Shown here in pieces: positions 63,221-64,000 of a stretch of DNA of 64,000 bases. The position numbers and the translations under genes were made by a program. Source of the stretch: Campylobacterota bacterium (lineage in GTDB: Bacteria; Campylobacterota; Campylobacteria; Campylobacterales; Sulfurimonadaceae); contig JACXUD010000001.1 in NCBI GenBank assembly GCA_014764025.1, forward strand, positions 10,643 through 74,642, read 5' to 3'. Numbering within the stretch: the first letter of the stretch is position 1; every line of letters begins with the position of its first letter. Under the pieces are notes generated by a model. The model worked only from the letters and a program-made list of their open reading frames with translations. It ran no database searches and was not told where the DNA came from.

Positions 63221-64000
63221 TTATCTCGAATTTTTCCTTAAATTACTATTCTCTGAAATATTTTCGCTCTTCTGAATAATCTTTTTAGGTGCTTTTTGTG
63301 GATTATTTATGTGTTCCACCAACTGCTCAACTACCTCAACGATATCTTCTCCTTCAATAAGATGATCAAACCATTCTTCCTTTTTCATTATCGGATTGGC
63401 TGTATTGGCTGCTCCCATATAAGCCCCAAGGAATACACATTCCTTACTGAAATATTCACCTACATACTTTTTACTAACCTCTTGAGGTATAACATATCCA
63501 TCAGTAATAAATACGGCTATATCTTGTTGCTTAAAAAGGCTTTTGTTTTCCTTGAGTGCATTAGCAATTCCTCCCGTTCCTCCGGTTGCCTGGATAGCTA
63601 CAAGATCGTCCTCGTTGGCAGGAAGCTTGATCGTTTGGTAAGTACCTTGTCTATAACCGCCTCCTATCATAGCTCCTAAAGCCACGATATCGAGCTTATT
63701 GAATTTTTTAGCTAATCTGTTCGCTGCCAAAAGAAGAGTTCTTTGGTTTTTAACGGGTAGTCCACTCATAGAACTTGAAAGATCCAGTATGAAAGTTATC
63801 TTCTTGTCTCTCAGTTCATTTTTCTGTTCCCTTTTTCTTTTGTAAAGCTTGGTTGAGCCGGGGTTAGTTTTGAGTCCGGGAATACCTTTTGTATTCAGCT
63901 TATTAGAGGGTTTTCTTGTTGCATACTTTTGGCTTTTGCTTTCATCTTTTATCTTACTAAGTAGCGATACGATCTTCTTGATAGCACTTTTAAAGTATTC
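63221..64000 (-). CDS. VWA (von Willebrand factor A) domain protein, N-terminus outside window
   Basis: The track starts it at Met 63769, but the frame stays open to position 64000. My translation upstream reads ...KRKREQKNELRDKKITFILDLSSSMSGLPV, where DLSSS is the MIDAS DxSxS motif. Downstream, ATGGTGGIANAL and VFITDGYV fit the rest of the VWA fold. Confidence 0.75.
   Translation of the reverse strand, partial: EYFKSAIKKIVSLLSKIKDESKSQKYATRKPSNKLNTKGIPGLKTNPGSTKLYKRKREQKNELRDKKITFILDLSSSMSGLPVKNQRTLLLAANRLAKKFNKLDIVALGAMIGGGYRQGTYQTIKLPANEDDLVAIQATGGTGGIANALKENKSLFKQQDIAVFITDGYVIPQEVSKKYVGEYFSKECVFLGAYMGAANTANPIMKKEEWFDHLIEGEDIVEVVEQLVEHINNPQKAPKKIIQKSENISENSNLRKNSR

Noticed and set aside
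1-64000. A prophage interpretation, since RecT, a nuclease, an integrase and a primase are all present.
   Set aside because: No terminase, portal, capsid, tail or lysis genes are recognisable. The ParA, VirB4-like, coupling-protein and type IV pilus genes point to a conjugative element instead.

Overview
AT-rich, very gene-dense window that reads like the backbone of a conjugative plasmid or integrative-conjugative element from a diderm host. The extended -10 promoters, AAGGAG-type ribosome-binding sites (RBSs) and lipoproteins would fit a Campylobacterota-like host, but taxonomy cannot be proven from sequence alone. Left part (1-9.8 kb): a partial PD-(D/E)XK nuclease gene, a type Ia parA followed by a fragmented parB, small unknown genes, a guanylate-kinase-like fusion protein and a DnaG-type primase. 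9.4-15.5 kb (+): a transfer operon with a VirB4-like ATPase and a type IV coupling protein. 15.5-17.8 kb: a decayed ORF, recT, and a 186-bp element bounded by perfect 16-bp inverted repeats. 17.8-48.8 kb: 34 track ORFs, all on the minus strand. These are a tyrosine recombinase co-transcribed with two membrane proteins, small accessory genes, an 882-aa orphan, about 12 kb of mostly exported proteins of unknown family (only an SLT lytic transglycosylase is recognisable), and a full type IVb-pilus-like gene set (secretin, GspE-class ATPase, PilT/DotB-class ATPase, platform protein, pilin, large pilin-like protein). 48.9-58.6 kb (+): a 2552-aa protein with a split SNF2 helicase core, a classical AAA ATPase and an exported L,D-transpeptidase. 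58.6-64 kb (-): small unknowns, a lipoprotein, an intact ParB-like protein, an acidic repeat protein and a VWA (von Willebrand factor A) protein that runs off the window edge. I saw no rRNA, tRNA, CRISPR array, IS transposase, relaxase or plasmid Rep initiator. All family calls rest on motifs read by eye and no searches were run. Hand-derived coordinates may be off by 1 nt.
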